From contig CAZAFB010000005.1 of NCBI GenBank assembly GCA_964484505.1, positions 7,427 to 71,426 on the forward strand: 64,000 nt of DNA. Reading direction: 5' to 3'. How positions within the stretch are numbered: the stretch's first letter is position 1; every line of letters starts with the position of its first letter. The DNA is from an uncultured Bdellovibrionales bacterium. Lineage in GTDB: Bacteria; Patescibacteriota; Minisyncoccia; Moranbacterales; GWC2-37-73. Below the pieces are notes generated by a model. That model saw only the letters and a program-made list of their open reading frames with translations. It made no database searches and was not told where the DNA came from. A program made the translations under genes and the position numbers. Positions 40,121-50,437 of the stretch are shown here, piece by piece.

Positions 40121-43100
40121 ATGTCTAACTATTACCACTTAACTATGGACAAACAACAATCATCGGATTCCAGATATTTGGAAAAACTAGAATTCAAGCC
40201 GGAACTACGCAAGACTTGGTTAAATTTTTTTGTTACCAATTTTCGCGTAGTCGTTCTTTTAATTGTGCTACTCAGCGCCTGGGGCATATATTCATTCGTT
40301 AGCCTTCCTCGAGAATCGGATCCTGAAGTGAAAATCCCCTATGCAATGGTAATTACGACCTTCCCGGGCGCTTCACCTTCAGACATTGAAGAATTGGTTA
40401 CCAAAAAGATTGAGACTGTGATTTCCAGCGTGAAAGGCGTGAAGAAAATAACTTCCGATTCTTCCAATTCAATATCCTCGATAACCGTAGAATTCGATAG
40501 CAGCGAAGATCAAGACGAAGCCTTGCGCAATTTACGTGACAAAGTCTCCACTGTAGACGATCTTCCGGATGATGCAAGCGAGCCATCCGTAAATGAAATA
40601 TCCTTGGATGACACTCCTATTTTTACTTTTTCCATTTCCGGACCATATGATGGATTAACATTGCGAGAATATGCCGAAAAAATTCAAGACGAGTTGGAAA
40701 AAATTCCCGGTGTTCGTGAAGTGAATGTTTCTGGTGGAGACCAGAAAGAATTCGAGGTTGCCTATGATCCACAAAAACTTTCTTTGTATGAAATTACCGC
40801 CAATCAAGCAAATTTGGCAATCAGCGCAACGAATGTCGCCATAGCCGGAGGAAACTACGAGGGCGCTTCTTTCAATTATCCTGTGCGGACAGACGCGCGT
40901 TTCTTCGATGAAAAATCATTAGGTGAAGCTCCGATAAAACATAACGGTAGCGCCATTGTACAGTTAAAGGACATAGCCTCAGTCAAAGAAAAAGCGATCC
41001 AGCGCAATGTATATTCCCGTCTCTCCGTGGAAGGAGACGCGCCTCAAGAAGCGGTGACGATTAGCGTCATCAAAAAAACGGGAGGCTCAATCATCAAAAC
41101 CACTGATGAATGCAAAAAAAGAATCGAGACGATGATGAAAACTTTTCCCGAAGGAGTTTCCTATGACACCACCTCGGACACTTCCAAGTTCATTCGTCGC
41201 GATTTCGACCAACTGACACATGATTTCATCCTTACCCTTATATTGGTGATGACTATATTGTTTCTGATCGTTGGATTTAAAGAAGCTATAGTTGCCGGAC
41301 TGGCCATCCCCTTGGTGTTTTTTGCAACATTCGGCATAATGTTGCTCACAGGCATAACGCTTAATTTCCTTTCATTGTTCTCCTTGCTTCTTTCCTTGGG
41401 GCTCTTGGTTGATGATGCCATTGTGGTAGTCAGCGCGACAAAACAATATATGCGTACGGGTAAATTCACGCCTGAAGAAGCTGTACTGCTTGTGCTTAAT
41501 GATTTCAAAGTGGTGCTTACTTCCACCACACTGGCTACGACTTGGGCGTTTTTACCGCTTCTTTTCTCAACAGGTATCATGGGTTCGTATATTAAATCTA
41601 TTCCCATAACTGTTTCCGTGACACTTATTTCATCATTGATCATTGCTTTGATTGTAAATCATCCCCTCGCCGCAATCCTGGAGCGCATCCGCCTTACTCG
41701 AAACATTTTCCGCATAGACATCGCATTACTTTTGATTTTGGCAATCGTCGGTTTCTTAAGCAAGTCCACTTTCGGCAGCGCACTCTTCGCAATTTCCCTG
41801 ACAATGATCGTGTGGCTTGTTTGGTGGTATCGCAAAAAGGGCAAAAGGCAGCTAATCGCTAATGAGGCTTTGGCAAAAGAAGAATGGAAAAATGACGAGC
41901 TGATCAAGAAAAAACTGGCCTCCCAGGGAAGCACCGAGGATACTTCTTTTTCCAGCAAGCTTATTCACGGCATCATCCACTTCGATAAAGTAATACCCGT
42001 CTACGAGAAATATCTCAAGCTGGTTATTTCCACCAAAAAATCACGCTGGATTACTTTACTTGCTACACTTGTTTTATTTATCGGTGCCATAATCCTGCCT
42101 ATAACAGGCGTTGTTCCTTCGGAATTTTTTCCTGCTTCAGACCAAGATAATATCTATGTAAATATCGAAGCTCCATCTGGATTGAATCTCGACAAGACAG
42201 ATTACATCACCAGAAAAGTCGAGGAAAAACTTCTGGCTTTTCCTCAGGTAGCCAATTTTTCCACAGTAATAGGAAAAAGCGGTTCTTCAGGTCATCGTAT
42301 CAGCGGCTCCATGAGCGGCTCGACCCATTTGGCTTCCATAACGATAACCTTGGTTGAGAAAGAACTTCGCGAGGAAACTTCCTATGAGCTTGAAAAAGAT
42401 ATCAGAAATGCTATTTCAGGCGTTGAAGGAGCAAAAATAACCGTGGAATCACAACGTGGCGGACCGCCATCAGGCAGCGCCTTCGAAGCGCAAATTCGCG
42501 GAGATGATTTGCAAGCTTTAGACACTATAGTACAAGATTTGCAAATAAAACTATCCGAAATTAAAGGTGTTGTAAATATAGACTCTTCTCTCAAAGAAGC
42601 GCCGGCTCAATACACTTTTGCACTCAACCCCGTGAAAATGGAGCTATATGGCCTCAATGCTTCTTACGTAGGTTCATCTATCCGCATGGCAATTTCCGGA
42701 GTAGACGTCTCCACAATCATCAAAAACAACAAGGAATTCGATGTTATTGCGCGTTTCGACAAAAGCAAGCTTCCAGATCTTGAATCAGTCCAGAATATCC
42801 AACTCACAAACTTGCAAGGAAATCCCGTGTATATCAAAGATGTTGCAACAGTAAAGTTGGAGCCATCTATTGAAACTATAAGCAGAATAGATCAAAAACG
42901 CGTAGCAATTCTGAGTGCGGGAGTTGAAGGAACAACCAGACCCAATGACGTACTAGCCCAATTCCAAAAGAAAGTCTCGGAAGAATACTCTCTGCCCGAG
43001 GGATATGAAATAACCTATGGCGGCGAAAATGAACAAAATCAAGAATCAGTCATGTCGATTATCCGCGCAATGGCGATTGCCGCAGTTTTGATAATTTCAA

Positions 43101-43534
43101 CACTGATCATCCAATTCAATTCCTTCAGAAAATCTATGATCGTTTTGGTTACTTTGCCTCTGGCCTTGATCGGTGTCTTTATCGGCATGGCAGCATTCGG
43201 AGTATCTTTGAGTTTCCCTGGTCTTATCGGGGTGCTGGCGCTGTTTGGTATTGTGGTAAAAAACGCAATCATTCTGATTGATAAAATAAACCTAAATCTT
43301 AAAAGCGACATCGCTTTTGATGATTCAATCATCGATGCCGGTAAATCGCGTCTAGAAGCTATATTTATCACTTCCATATGCACAATTGCCGGCATTATCC
43401 CAATAACTCTTTCCAATGAGATGTGGACCGCCTTGGGCAGCGCCGTGATTTTCGGCCTCACAATTTCATCATTCTTCACACTCTTTATTATTCCGATACT
43501 GTTCAAGACATTCATTAAATCGGAAGATCATTAA
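40121..43534 (+). CDS. RND-family efflux transporter (AcrB/HAE-type), 12 TM
   Basis: About 1130 aa with two large extracytoplasmic loops and duplicated six-TM halves; start set at MSNYY because the longer ORF (40025) runs through the intergenic repeat. Confidence 0.85.
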   Translation: MSNYYHLTMDKQQSSDSRYLEKLEFKPELRKTWLNFFVTNFRVVVLLIVLLSAWGIYSFVSLPRESDPEVKIPYAMVITTFPGASPSDIEELVTKKIETVISSVKGVKKITSDSSNSISSITVEFDSSEDQDEALRNLRDKVSTVDDLPDDASEPSVNEISLDDTPIFTFSISGPYDGLTLREYAEKIQDELEKIPGVREVNVSGGDQKEFEVAYDPQKLSLYEITANQANLAISATNVAIAGGNYEGASFNYPVRTDARFFDEKSLGEAPIKHNGSAIVQLKDIASVKEKAIQRNVYSRLSVEGDAPQEAVTISVIKKTGGSIIKTTDECKKRIETMMKTFPEGVSYDTTSDTSKFIRRDFDQLTHDFILTLILVMTILFLIVGFKEAIVAGLAIPLVFFATFGIMLLTGITLNFLSLFSLLLSLGLLVDDAIVVVSATKQYMRTGKFTPEEAVLLVLNDFKVVLTSTTLATTWAFLPLLFSTGIMGSYIKSIPITVSVTLISSLIIALIVNHPLAAILERIRLTRNIFRIDIALLLILAIVGFLSKSTFGSALFAISLTMIVWLVWWYRKKGKRQLIANEALAKEEWKNDELIKKKLASQGSTEDTSFSSKLIHGIIHFDKVIPVYEKYLKLVISTKKSRWITLLATLVLFIGAIILPITGVVPSEFFPASDQDNIYVNIEAPSGLNLDKTDYITRKVEEKLLAFPQVANFSTVIGKSGSSGHRISGSMSGSTHLASITITLVEKELREETSYELEKDIRNAISGVEGAKITVESQRGGPPSGSAFEAQIRGDDLQALDTIVQDLQIKLSEIKGVVNIDSSLKEAPAQYTFALNPVKMELYGLNASYVGSSIRMAISGVDVSTIIKNNKEFDVIARFDKSKLPDLESVQNIQLTNLQGNPVYIKDVATVKLEPSIETISRIDQKRVAILSAGVEGTTRPNDVLAQFQKKVSEEYSLPEGYEITYGGENEQNQESVMSIIRAMAIAAVLIISTLIIQFNSFRKSMIVLVTLPLALIGVFIGMAAFGVSLSFPGLIGVLALFGIVVKNAIILIDKINLNLKSDIAFDDSIIDAGKSRLEAIFITSICTIAGIIPITLSNEMWTALGSAVIFGLTISSFFTLFIIPILFKTFIKSEDH

Positions 43535-43612
43535 ACTAAAACGATTTGTTTGTTTCATATTTAAAAGGCGCCAATTTTGTTTTGGCGCCTTTTTGTTAGT
43601 TCATGCCTTAAG

Positions 43613-44674
43613 TCATAAAACGCTCAGATCTTCAGCAACAAATTGTCCTTTTGCCTTATCGAACTTTGCAGTTATTCTGACTTGCTTTTCATTATATCCG
43701 ACATTCAGTCGATCCATGGGTGGCGGAATCTTTCCCGCATCAACAAATATACCTATCTGGCTCCCCACTCGCAAATTCTTTGTCATATCGCTTTGCAATA
43801 ATAACTGCTGGGATAATTTCTCCAAGGAATCAACCTTGCCAGTTATAAGATATTCATTTTCGCTATCGCGATAAAAATCTACCGGTGAAATCAACGCAAC
43901 GAAGGACAAATCCGCATCATCAGGCAACTCACCATATATACGTGACTCTATGGAAGATATGGCTCGCTGGTAAGCTTCAGCCGCTGCAGAATTCTTTGCT
44001 GTGATATCTTTGGCTACGAAATCAGCTTTTTCAGCTATGGCGTTGGCAAGTTTTTGGGTATTTTCATCTTGTTGAATAAAACTGAAAGCGGTTATGCTTT
44101 CTTCAAGCACGCTTCCCTGCCACATCGATCTGGTACCCTGAAAAATCAGAGCTACTGCGGTAGAATAGGAGTCTATAATTATTTCCTTGTCTTTATTTCC
44201 TGCAAGCGCATAAATCATTATTGGTTTTTCTGTTTCTTTTCCTTGAAAAACATTCAGGAAACTAGTTTTTTTCAAAGCAAAAACACAAAATTTTCCCTCG
44301 GCAGAAACCGGATATATTTCATTATCGGAAATTATGGAAAGAGGCACGGCCAAATCAAGCCATTGCGGTCTCACTACTGAGCCGCTTATTTGAACATATC
44401 CTTGCCTTGAACCGTCTTTGCAAGATTTTTCAGCCACGCGAAATTCATCAATTTTGGTTTTTTCTTGTCCTAAAACTTCCTGCTGTTCGTTCCTTCGGAT
44501 ATCAACAGGTTTTTCATCACGAAAAATGTAATATGAAATTACTGCTATGGAAACCAGCAAGACCGCAGCAAACAAAAATGCCATGGGTTTTTTCACAGCC
44601 CTTATTGCATATAAATTCTTGATAATAAAGTTTTTTGCTTTATTCATGTGCTTATTATAGCACATCTTCAGCAA
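43613..44674 (-). CDS. Membrane-anchored hypothetical protein
   Basis: N-terminal TM segment; no recognisable domain. Confidence 0.45.
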   Translation of the reverse strand: MLKMCYNKHMNKAKNFIIKNLYAIRAVKKPMAFLFAAVLLVSIAVISYYIFRDEKPVDIRRNEQQEVLGQEKTKIDEFRVAEKSCKDGSRQGYVQISGSVVRPQWLDLAVPLSIISDNEIYPVSAEGKFCVFALKKTSFLNVFQGKETEKPIMIYALAGNKDKEIIIDSYSTAVALIFQGTRSMWQGSVLEESITAFSFIQQDENTQKLANAIAEKADFVAKDITAKNSAAAEAYQRAISSIESRIYGELPDDADLSFVALISPVDFYRDSENEYLITGKVDSLEKLSQQLLLQSDMTKNLRVGSQIGIFVDAGKIPPPMDRLNVGYNEKQVRITAKFDKAKGQFVAEDLSVL

Positions 44675-44678
44675 TTCA

Positions 44679-45383
44679 TCAGCGGCAGATAAAATCGCAC
44701 GGGTTCAGCCATTCAACCAATTTGTTCTCTTGCGATACATACCCTCGCATATCCATAACCTCCCCCTTGTGTATTCCCAGATGCAAATGTTTGCGCTCAC
44801 CATCAGTTTCAGGGGAATATCCCGTGCCAAGATATGCCATAAAATCACCTGCCTTCAATCGATCACCCACCTTTGTATTCATGCTGGAAAGCCGCAGATG
44901 ACCATACACTACCGTAACTGCATTATTGTCCAAAATACATTCCTCAACGACAACGCCGCCATATCCGCTGACAAAACGCTTCTCCAATAATTCTCCTTCG
45001 CATATCGCCTTTATGGGCACATCAATATTTTGTTCTTCGAGAGTAATTTCAAAATCCGTACCGACATGATATCCTTGAAATCTCTCGGGTTGCACTGGCG
45101 AAGTTTTGGGCGTGATATAAATACCGAACGGTTTTTTTGTCACCCTGCTTGCTGCTCCACTGATGGGCTCCAAAATTTCAACTGATTCTTGTTTGGGACC
45201 GTTTTCAATTCCAATATTACTTAAATCTCCTTGGGATTTTGATTTTAATTTATCCGCTTGCTGCAAACTATCGCTTGAAAACTGTTCGTTATATTTTAAA
45301 AATTCGGCTTTTTCAAGCAACAAAACAAGCACTAACGCAATAGCTGCCACAATCAATATATTCAAGAACAATTTCTTTTTCAT
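44679..45383 (-). CDS. M23-family (LytM) metallopeptidase, membrane-anchored
   Basis: HVGTDF (HxxxD), VVYGHL and HLHLGIH (HxH) motifs. Confidence 0.8.
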   Translation of the reverse strand: MKKKLFLNILIVAAIALVLVLLLEKAEFLKYNEQFSSDSLQQADKLKSKSQGDLSNIGIENGPKQESVEILEPISGAASRVTKKPFGIYITPKTSPVQPERFQGYHVGTDFEITLEEQNIDVPIKAICEGELLEKRFVSGYGGVVVEECILDNNAVTVVYGHLRLSSMNTKVGDRLKAGDFMAYLGTGYSPETDGERKHLHLGIHKGEVMDMRGYVSQENKLVEWLNPCDFICR

Positions 45384-45442
45384 AAATTTAACAAAAAAAA
45401 TCCTAGACTTTCGACGCCTAGGATCTTATACAAATTTCAATA

Positions 45443-46699
45443 TTATTTCTTTGCAGCTTCAACCCCCGCAACAAATCCTGTTGCCCAACACATTTGAAGA
45501 TTATAACCGCCGGTCGGACCATCGACATCGATGATTTCTCCGGCAAAGAAAAGGTTTTTGATAATTTTTGAGCGCATGGTTTTGGAATCTATCTCTTTCG
45601 TAGACACGCCGCCACCAGTAACCATCGCCCGTTCAAAACCGAAAAGTTTTTCCACGGTAAGCTCCAAGCTCTTAAATAAATTTACCAGAGCGTGTCTTTC
45701 TTGCTTGCTTATCTTGGCAGCATGTTTTTCCAGATCAAGTCCGCTATGTTTCAACAAAAATTCCAAAAGTTTCGGCGAAAGCAAATCAGCAAGACAATTA
45801 GCTAGCTTTTTGGAAGCATTTTTTTCAAAATCCTTGCGCAAAATTTCATCCAATTGTTCAAATGCAAGATAAGGCTTAAAGTCTATCTTTATTTTTACCT
45901 CTCCGCTTTCCAATATAGGTCTTATGCTGCGGCTTAAATTAAGCACCAACGGACCGCTCACACCTAAATGAGTGAAAAGCATGTCACCTTCGGCAGCAGT
46001 TTGTTTTTTGCCACTCTGCCAAACGCTCATGGCGCAGCTATGCACACTTGTTCCTGCAAGTTCCTCCACCCATTTTTCTCTTGTCTCAATTGGCACCAGA
46101 AGAGGCTGCGGCTCAATGATGCTGTGGCCAAATTTTTTTGCCCATTCATATCCCTGCCCCGCGCTTCCCGTACTTGGATATGATTTACCACCAAAGGCGA
46201 ATATATAATTATGTGCAGCTATTTCCCTTTTTTTGTTGAGAATAATTTTTTTGATTTCTCCACTTTCAAATTCTATTTCTTCCACTGTTGATTTTAGCAA
46301 AAAAGTAACATTATTTTCCTTGAGCATATTTTCCAGAACACCAAGCACGTCTTTGCCTTGATCACTCACCGGAAAAACGCGATTGTCTTTTTCGACTTTT
46401 GTTCTGATGCCGGCCTTTTCCAAAAAAGCGATCACTTTTTCAGGACCGAAGGCGGCAAGGGAGGAATATAAAAAGCGTCCATTTTTGCCATATTTTTTGA
46501 CCAATTCGTTCAAATCTTTCTCATTTTGGGTGAAATTACAGCGACCGTTTCCTGCCATCAGTAACTTGATTCCCAAGCGATCGTTTTTTTCAATCAGCGC
46601 AACGCGCGCGCCTTTTTTGGCAGCGCAAATAGCGGCCATCATCCCCGATGGGCCGCCGCCAATCACTGCCACGTCAAATTGAATGTCTTTATCATACAT
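45443..46699 (-). CDS. FAD-dependent oxidoreductase, HI0933/BaiN (YhiN) family
   Basis: DVAVIGGGPSGMMAA Rossmann motif; C-terminal GGYNLQMCWATG typical of the HI0933 family. Confidence 0.8.
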   Translation of the reverse strand: MYDKDIQFDVAVIGGGPSGMMAAICAAKKGARVALIEKNDRLGIKLLMAGNGRCNFTQNEKDLNELVKKYGKNGRFLYSSLAAFGPEKVIAFLEKAGIRTKVEKDNRVFPVSDQGKDVLGVLENMLKENNVTFLLKSTVEEIEFESGEIKKIILNKKREIAAHNYIFAFGGKSYPSTGSAGQGYEWAKKFGHSIIEPQPLLVPIETREKWVEELAGTSVHSCAMSVWQSGKKQTAAEGDMLFTHLGVSGPLVLNLSRSIRPILESGEVKIKIDFKPYLAFEQLDEILRKDFEKNASKKLANCLADLLSPKLLEFLLKHSGLDLEKHAAKISKQERHALVNLFKSLELTVEKLFGFERAMVTGGGVSTKEIDSKTMRSKIIKNLFFAGEIIDVDGPTGGYNLQMCWATGFVAGVEAAKK

Positions 46700-46789
46700 A
46701 ACGACTCATTCTAGCATCTATAAAAATAAAAATCAAGCCTACCATCCGAAAATTTAGCCTTCGAAGAAATTCCCTTCTGCCAATAAGCG

Positions 46790-46826
46790 CTATTCGTACT
46801 TTCGTATTTATTCGTAATTTGTAGAG
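46790..46826. promoter_or_regulatory. ATTCGT hexamer array copy (ctattcgtactttcgtatttattcgtaatttgtagag) upstream of the oxidoreductase gene
   Basis: Matches 29888-29923; overlaps the last codons (TNYE*) of the 46808-48694 gene. Confidence 0.4.
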
Positions 46827-48694
46827 ATTTTCTCGAACACAAAATACCGCACATCGCGTTCTTTGTCTTCTTTGTCTTCGCGGAAATAACGCGTGATTAT
46901 ATATTTAGAAGTAGTATTATCACCCTCTGTATTTTCCATATCATCATTTTTAGCGACCAGAAGCTCTTGCATAACTTTTTTCATGCGTTCGAAATCGTTT
47001 TGCATGTCGAATTTGAGCACGAAAGATTCTTGTCCGAGCAAGGGCGCAATATCCTCATGCGTCCAACATTGATTCTTCAAATGTTCTTCGTCAATCGGCT
47101 CATCTTTGCCTTCATTGCGATAAGCATATTTTGGATTTTTCTCATTATCCAGACGAATCGTGAAAAGCGGCTCGCCTGATTCATGATAATCACTGATAAA
47201 ACCATCGATTACATGTCCATAATCCTCAACATAGGAACAACCGACTGGTATTCTTACCGAAACCGCCGCAATCAATACATGCTCGCGCGCTTCTTCCAAA
47301 ATCGCCCTTTTCATCAGTTCATTTCCAACGCCAATGCTGCGAGCATCCGCATCAACATTGAATGATCCCCAATAGTATGTGCTTTGATCAAGCTTTTTCA
47401 AACGTAGTTCTGCAACAATTCTTTTCTTATACCGTATAGAATAAAACTTGTGTTGTTTCGGATTTTTCAGACCATCGTCAAGTCCGGCCATCGCCGCATC
47501 TTTCAATGGGTCGCCGGCATAATTTCTTTCAGGGATATCGCGGTGCTCTTTCATGTCTTCCTCATCCGGAAAATTCTCCCCGAAGTCCTTGATTGCAAAA
47601 TCAACGTCTTTGATGTATTCCAAGTCTATTTTTACATCACTTTCTTTAGCAGCTTTCAACGCCGCCGCGAGCAGAATAATATCGGTTTTGGATTTTTCAA
47701 GGTCGGAAAGTAGCGCTTCAACCAATTGCTGCTTCTCTTTTTTATTATATTTCCCGATTACGCTCATCTTAAACGCTTTGGAAAAATTAACAATAATTGC
47801 ACGTACTTTTTCCAATAACTGCCCACGTAAATTCAATTGCTCTCCCTCAATTCCTAGTGCTTTATTAAGTGTTTCATTTTCCTGATCAGCCAAACCAACG
47901 ATTTCGGCAATTTTTTGAAAAACCAACTCGCCCTTTTCTTTTTGTAAATCTTCCTGAAAGCGCTCACCTATTTTTAAAATATTTTCACCAATTATTGCAT
48001 CTATTTCCAAGACTAAAAAGGATTTAAGACCATTACCGCCAAATTGATGTGTAAATTTTTTGAGTTTTGTTATATTTTCCACGCTACGCGAGTTGAGAAA
48101 ATCGAAGAAATTTTTACGGATATTTGGCGAGTAACCCTGAATATCAACACCAAAATCTTTTTTTAGCAAGTGTTGCATATAGGCATTATCAGCATCAAAA
48201 AACCAGTTCTCATTTTTCGGCACCAAAATCTCTTCCGCGTCTTCCTCATATTGGTCCGCAATGCCCTGCTGATATGGCGCATCCAATATTTCTTTGATGT
48301 GAAGTTGCACTAAATAATTCCCGAATCTGTTTTTTTCTTTTCTCAATGCATTGAATATTTCAACGCTTACATCATCGTCAAATTCATATTGATCATACTC
48401 GTCGGTTTCCGCATCTTCATATTCATGATGATAATTTTTCAATGGCACAAAAATATCTTTCCTGCCCTCCGCATCTTCATCGAGTTCAACAGTAAGATGG
48501 ATGGGATTTTCCAACATATATCCGGATAATTTGTCCAAAATGACATGAATCTCCTCTTTTGATGGTGTGTAATATAAAACCTGTTCCAACAGATCTTCAG
48601 CATCCTCACTCGTGAGACTTTCTTTTTTGAGCAACTCGTAATATTCAGGATTTTGAGAATTTTCTATTGAATTGTTTGAGATTTCCTTTTTCAT
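46808..48694 (-). CDS. Large acidic hypothetical protein with possible C-terminal GNAT-like acetyltransferase fold
   Basis: Start trimmed to MKKEISNN (ATG 48692-48694) to avoid overlap with upstream ATPase; C-terminal RIVAELRL…SIGVGNELMKRAILEEA resembles GNAT motif A. Confidence 0.45.
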   Translation of the reverse strand: MKKEISNNSIENSQNPEYYELLKKESLTSEDAEDLLEQVLYYTPSKEEIHVILDKLSGYMLENPIHLTVELDEDAEGRKDIFVPLKNYHHEYEDAETDEYDQYEFDDDVSVEIFNALRKEKNRFGNYLVQLHIKEILDAPYQQGIADQYEEDAEEILVPKNENWFFDADNAYMQHLLKKDFGVDIQGYSPNIRKNFFDFLNSRSVENITKLKKFTHQFGGNGLKSFLVLEIDAIIGENILKIGERFQEDLQKEKGELVFQKIAEIVGLADQENETLNKALGIEGEQLNLRGQLLEKVRAIIVNFSKAFKMSVIGKYNKKEKQQLVEALLSDLEKSKTDIILLAAALKAAKESDVKIDLEYIKDVDFAIKDFGENFPDEEDMKEHRDIPERNYAGDPLKDAAMAGLDDGLKNPKQHKFYSIRYKKRIVAELRLKKLDQSTYYWGSFNVDADARSIGVGNELMKRAILEEAREHVLIAAVSVRIPVGCSYVEDYGHVIDGFISDYHESGEPLFTIRLDNEKNPKYAYRNEGKDEPIDEEHLKNQCWTHEDIAPLLGQESFVLKFDMQNDFERMKKVMQELLVAKNDDMENTEGDNTTSKYIITRYFREDKEDKERDVRYFVFEKISTNYE

Positions 48695-48704
48695 ATATTT
48701 TGAT

Positions 48705-49856
48705 TTACAGCCCCACAAATTCTTCAAAGTTTTCCTTGTTGACCAAGGTGACATCACTGCCAGGATAGGCTTCCAGAAATGCTTTGGGTTTTTTGAATTT
48801 GTCTTTTTTCCATTTAAACTCAAATCCCTCCATTTTTCCACCCTCTTCTTCAATATAATCAATTTCTTGTTTTTGCATCGTGCGCCAAAAATACGTCAAT
48901 TTGTCATGCTCATTGTTGCCATTGAATTTCATGCGCTCACTAAGCATGAAGTTTTCCCAAAGCGCACCCGCATCGGTTCGCAGGTCAAGCGGATTAAAAT
49001 TATTAATCAAGGCGTTGCGCACACCTGTGTCATAGAAATAAATCTTGCGCATTTTCTTGAGCTCGTTGCGCAAGTTTCGCGAAAGCGGCCGCAGGCGAAA
49101 AATAATAAAAGCCTGCTCCAAAATTCTAATGTAATTTTCAACTGTGTTTTTGCTGATTTTCAAAAGATTCGACAATTCATTGTATGAAACTTCATTGCCG
49201 ACTTGCAAAGCCAAAGCTTGCAACAAATTGTCCAGCAAATCAGAATGCTTTATGCCTTGATATTCCAAAACATCCTTATATAGATAACTGTGAGTTATTT
49301 CTTTCAATCTGTTTTTGGCATCCTCCCCGGCATCAATAACTTCGGGATATGCTCCAAATATCATTTGTCTCTCCAAAATTCTGCGCATTTCAAGACGGTC
49401 ATATTTTTGTGACAACTCTTCAAGAGAAAAAGGATGCAAAAAAAATTCATATTTTCTTCCCGTGAGCGGTTCTATAATTTTATTTGACAAATCAAATGAT
49501 GATGATCCCGTCGCAATGATTTGTATTTCAGGATAATTATCAACCAAAAGCTTTAGCGTGAGTCCAATGTTTTCAATTCTTTGCGCTTCATCAATAACTA
49601 CAAAATCTTTTTGACCAAGATATTCTTTGAGTGCCGTCGAAGTTTTGTTTGTGAGTGCCTGACGCACATCCAAATCATCACTACTCAGATACTTTGTGTC
49701 ACGCTCTTTGGCATATTTTTCCAAAATTGTCTTTGCCAAAGTGGTTTTGCCAACCTGGCGTGGGCCATAGATTATGATTATTTTCCCTTTAAAAAGGCGT
49801 TTTTCAATGTTTTTTTGGATTGTTCTTTCAAAAATCATATGATTTTGGTCAATCAA
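48705..49856 (-). CDS. AAA+ ATPase, AAA_14 + DUF4143 architecture
   Basis: Walker A GPRQVGKTT; Walker B VVIDEAQ; C-terminal DUF4143-like region; 10-nt gap to downstream gene. Confidence 0.8.
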   Translation of the reverse strand: MIDQNHMIFERTIQKNIEKRLFKGKIIIIYGPRQVGKTTLAKTILEKYAKERDTKYLSSDDLDVRQALTNKTSTALKEYLGQKDFVVIDEAQRIENIGLTLKLLVDNYPEIQIIATGSSSFDLSNKIIEPLTGRKYEFFLHPFSLEELSQKYDRLEMRRILERQMIFGAYPEVIDAGEDAKNRLKEITHSYLYKDVLEYQGIKHSDLLDNLLQALALQVGNEVSYNELSNLLKISKNTVENYIRILEQAFIIFRLRPLSRNLRNELKKMRKIYFYDTGVRNALINNFNPLDLRTDAGALWENFMLSERMKFNGNNEHDKLTYFWRTMQKQEIDYIEEEGGKMEGFEFKWKKDKFKKPKAFLEAYPGSDVTLVNKENFEEFVGL

Positions 49857-49975
49857 CTGACCTAATTTATATATATTTAGGTGACTTAACTGACCTAAAT
49901 ATATATCATTTTGGTGATTTTGTCAAGATTTTGGGCAAGAAAAAAGCGCCCGTCAACCACGACAGGCGCAAAACA

Positions 49976-50242
49976 TTACTTCTCGAGGCGGATGTCAAGC
50001 CCACCGCCTCTGGACACCTTTACGGTGTCCCCCTTGTGGGCTCTTCGGCCCGAAAAATTTAGAGGGTAGTTACCCCACGGTGTTTCCACCGTGGCCAGTA
50101 ACTTGTCCCCCATCTTTCCCCCGGGGGCAGGTTCCGTGAGTAACCTGCCCACCCCCTCTTCTACGGGGGAAAGGAACGGCCACAACAGCAGCGACAGTAT
50201 CACTGCTGCTACCACCGCTACTGCCAAATCCCCTTTTTTCAT
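49976..50242 (-). CDS. Small GC-rich ORF (88 aa, one hydrophobic segment), cassette ORF-A
   Basis: Preceded by GAGGAGG RBS within a repeated promoter cassette; followed by minus-strand terminator gcgcctgtcgtggttgacgggcgc + T6 (about 49935-49972); GC content well above the flanking genome. Confidence 0.35.
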   Translation of the reverse strand: MKKGDLAVAVVAAVILSLLLWPFLSPVEEGVGRLLTEPAPGGKMGDKLLATVETPWGNYPLNFSGRRAHKGDTVKVSRGGGLDIRLEK

Positions 50243-50350
50243 ACTTCCTCCTCGCCCCGCTTCTGCGGAGCTTTTTTGATTTTGACTACCCAATAATATT
50301 TTCAAATAAAAACATAAAGGGTAGTCAAAAATGGAAAAATTTATCAAAGA
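50238..50350. promoter_or_regulatory. Promoter/operator-RBS cassette, copy 1: perfect 10-bp inverted repeat TTGACTACCC…GGGTAGTCAA
   Basis: The inverted repeat supplies a TTGACT -35 hexamer on both strands; followed by GC hairpin and GAGGAGG RBS on minus strand; homologous to 50888-51010. Confidence 0.5.
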
Positions 50351-50437
50351 ACAAAAACTTTCTGTCTGAATTTACATCTTGTGATATAAACTCGGAAAAA
50401 AGTGGGAGCGAGCGACCAAGCAACGCTCCCGAAACCA

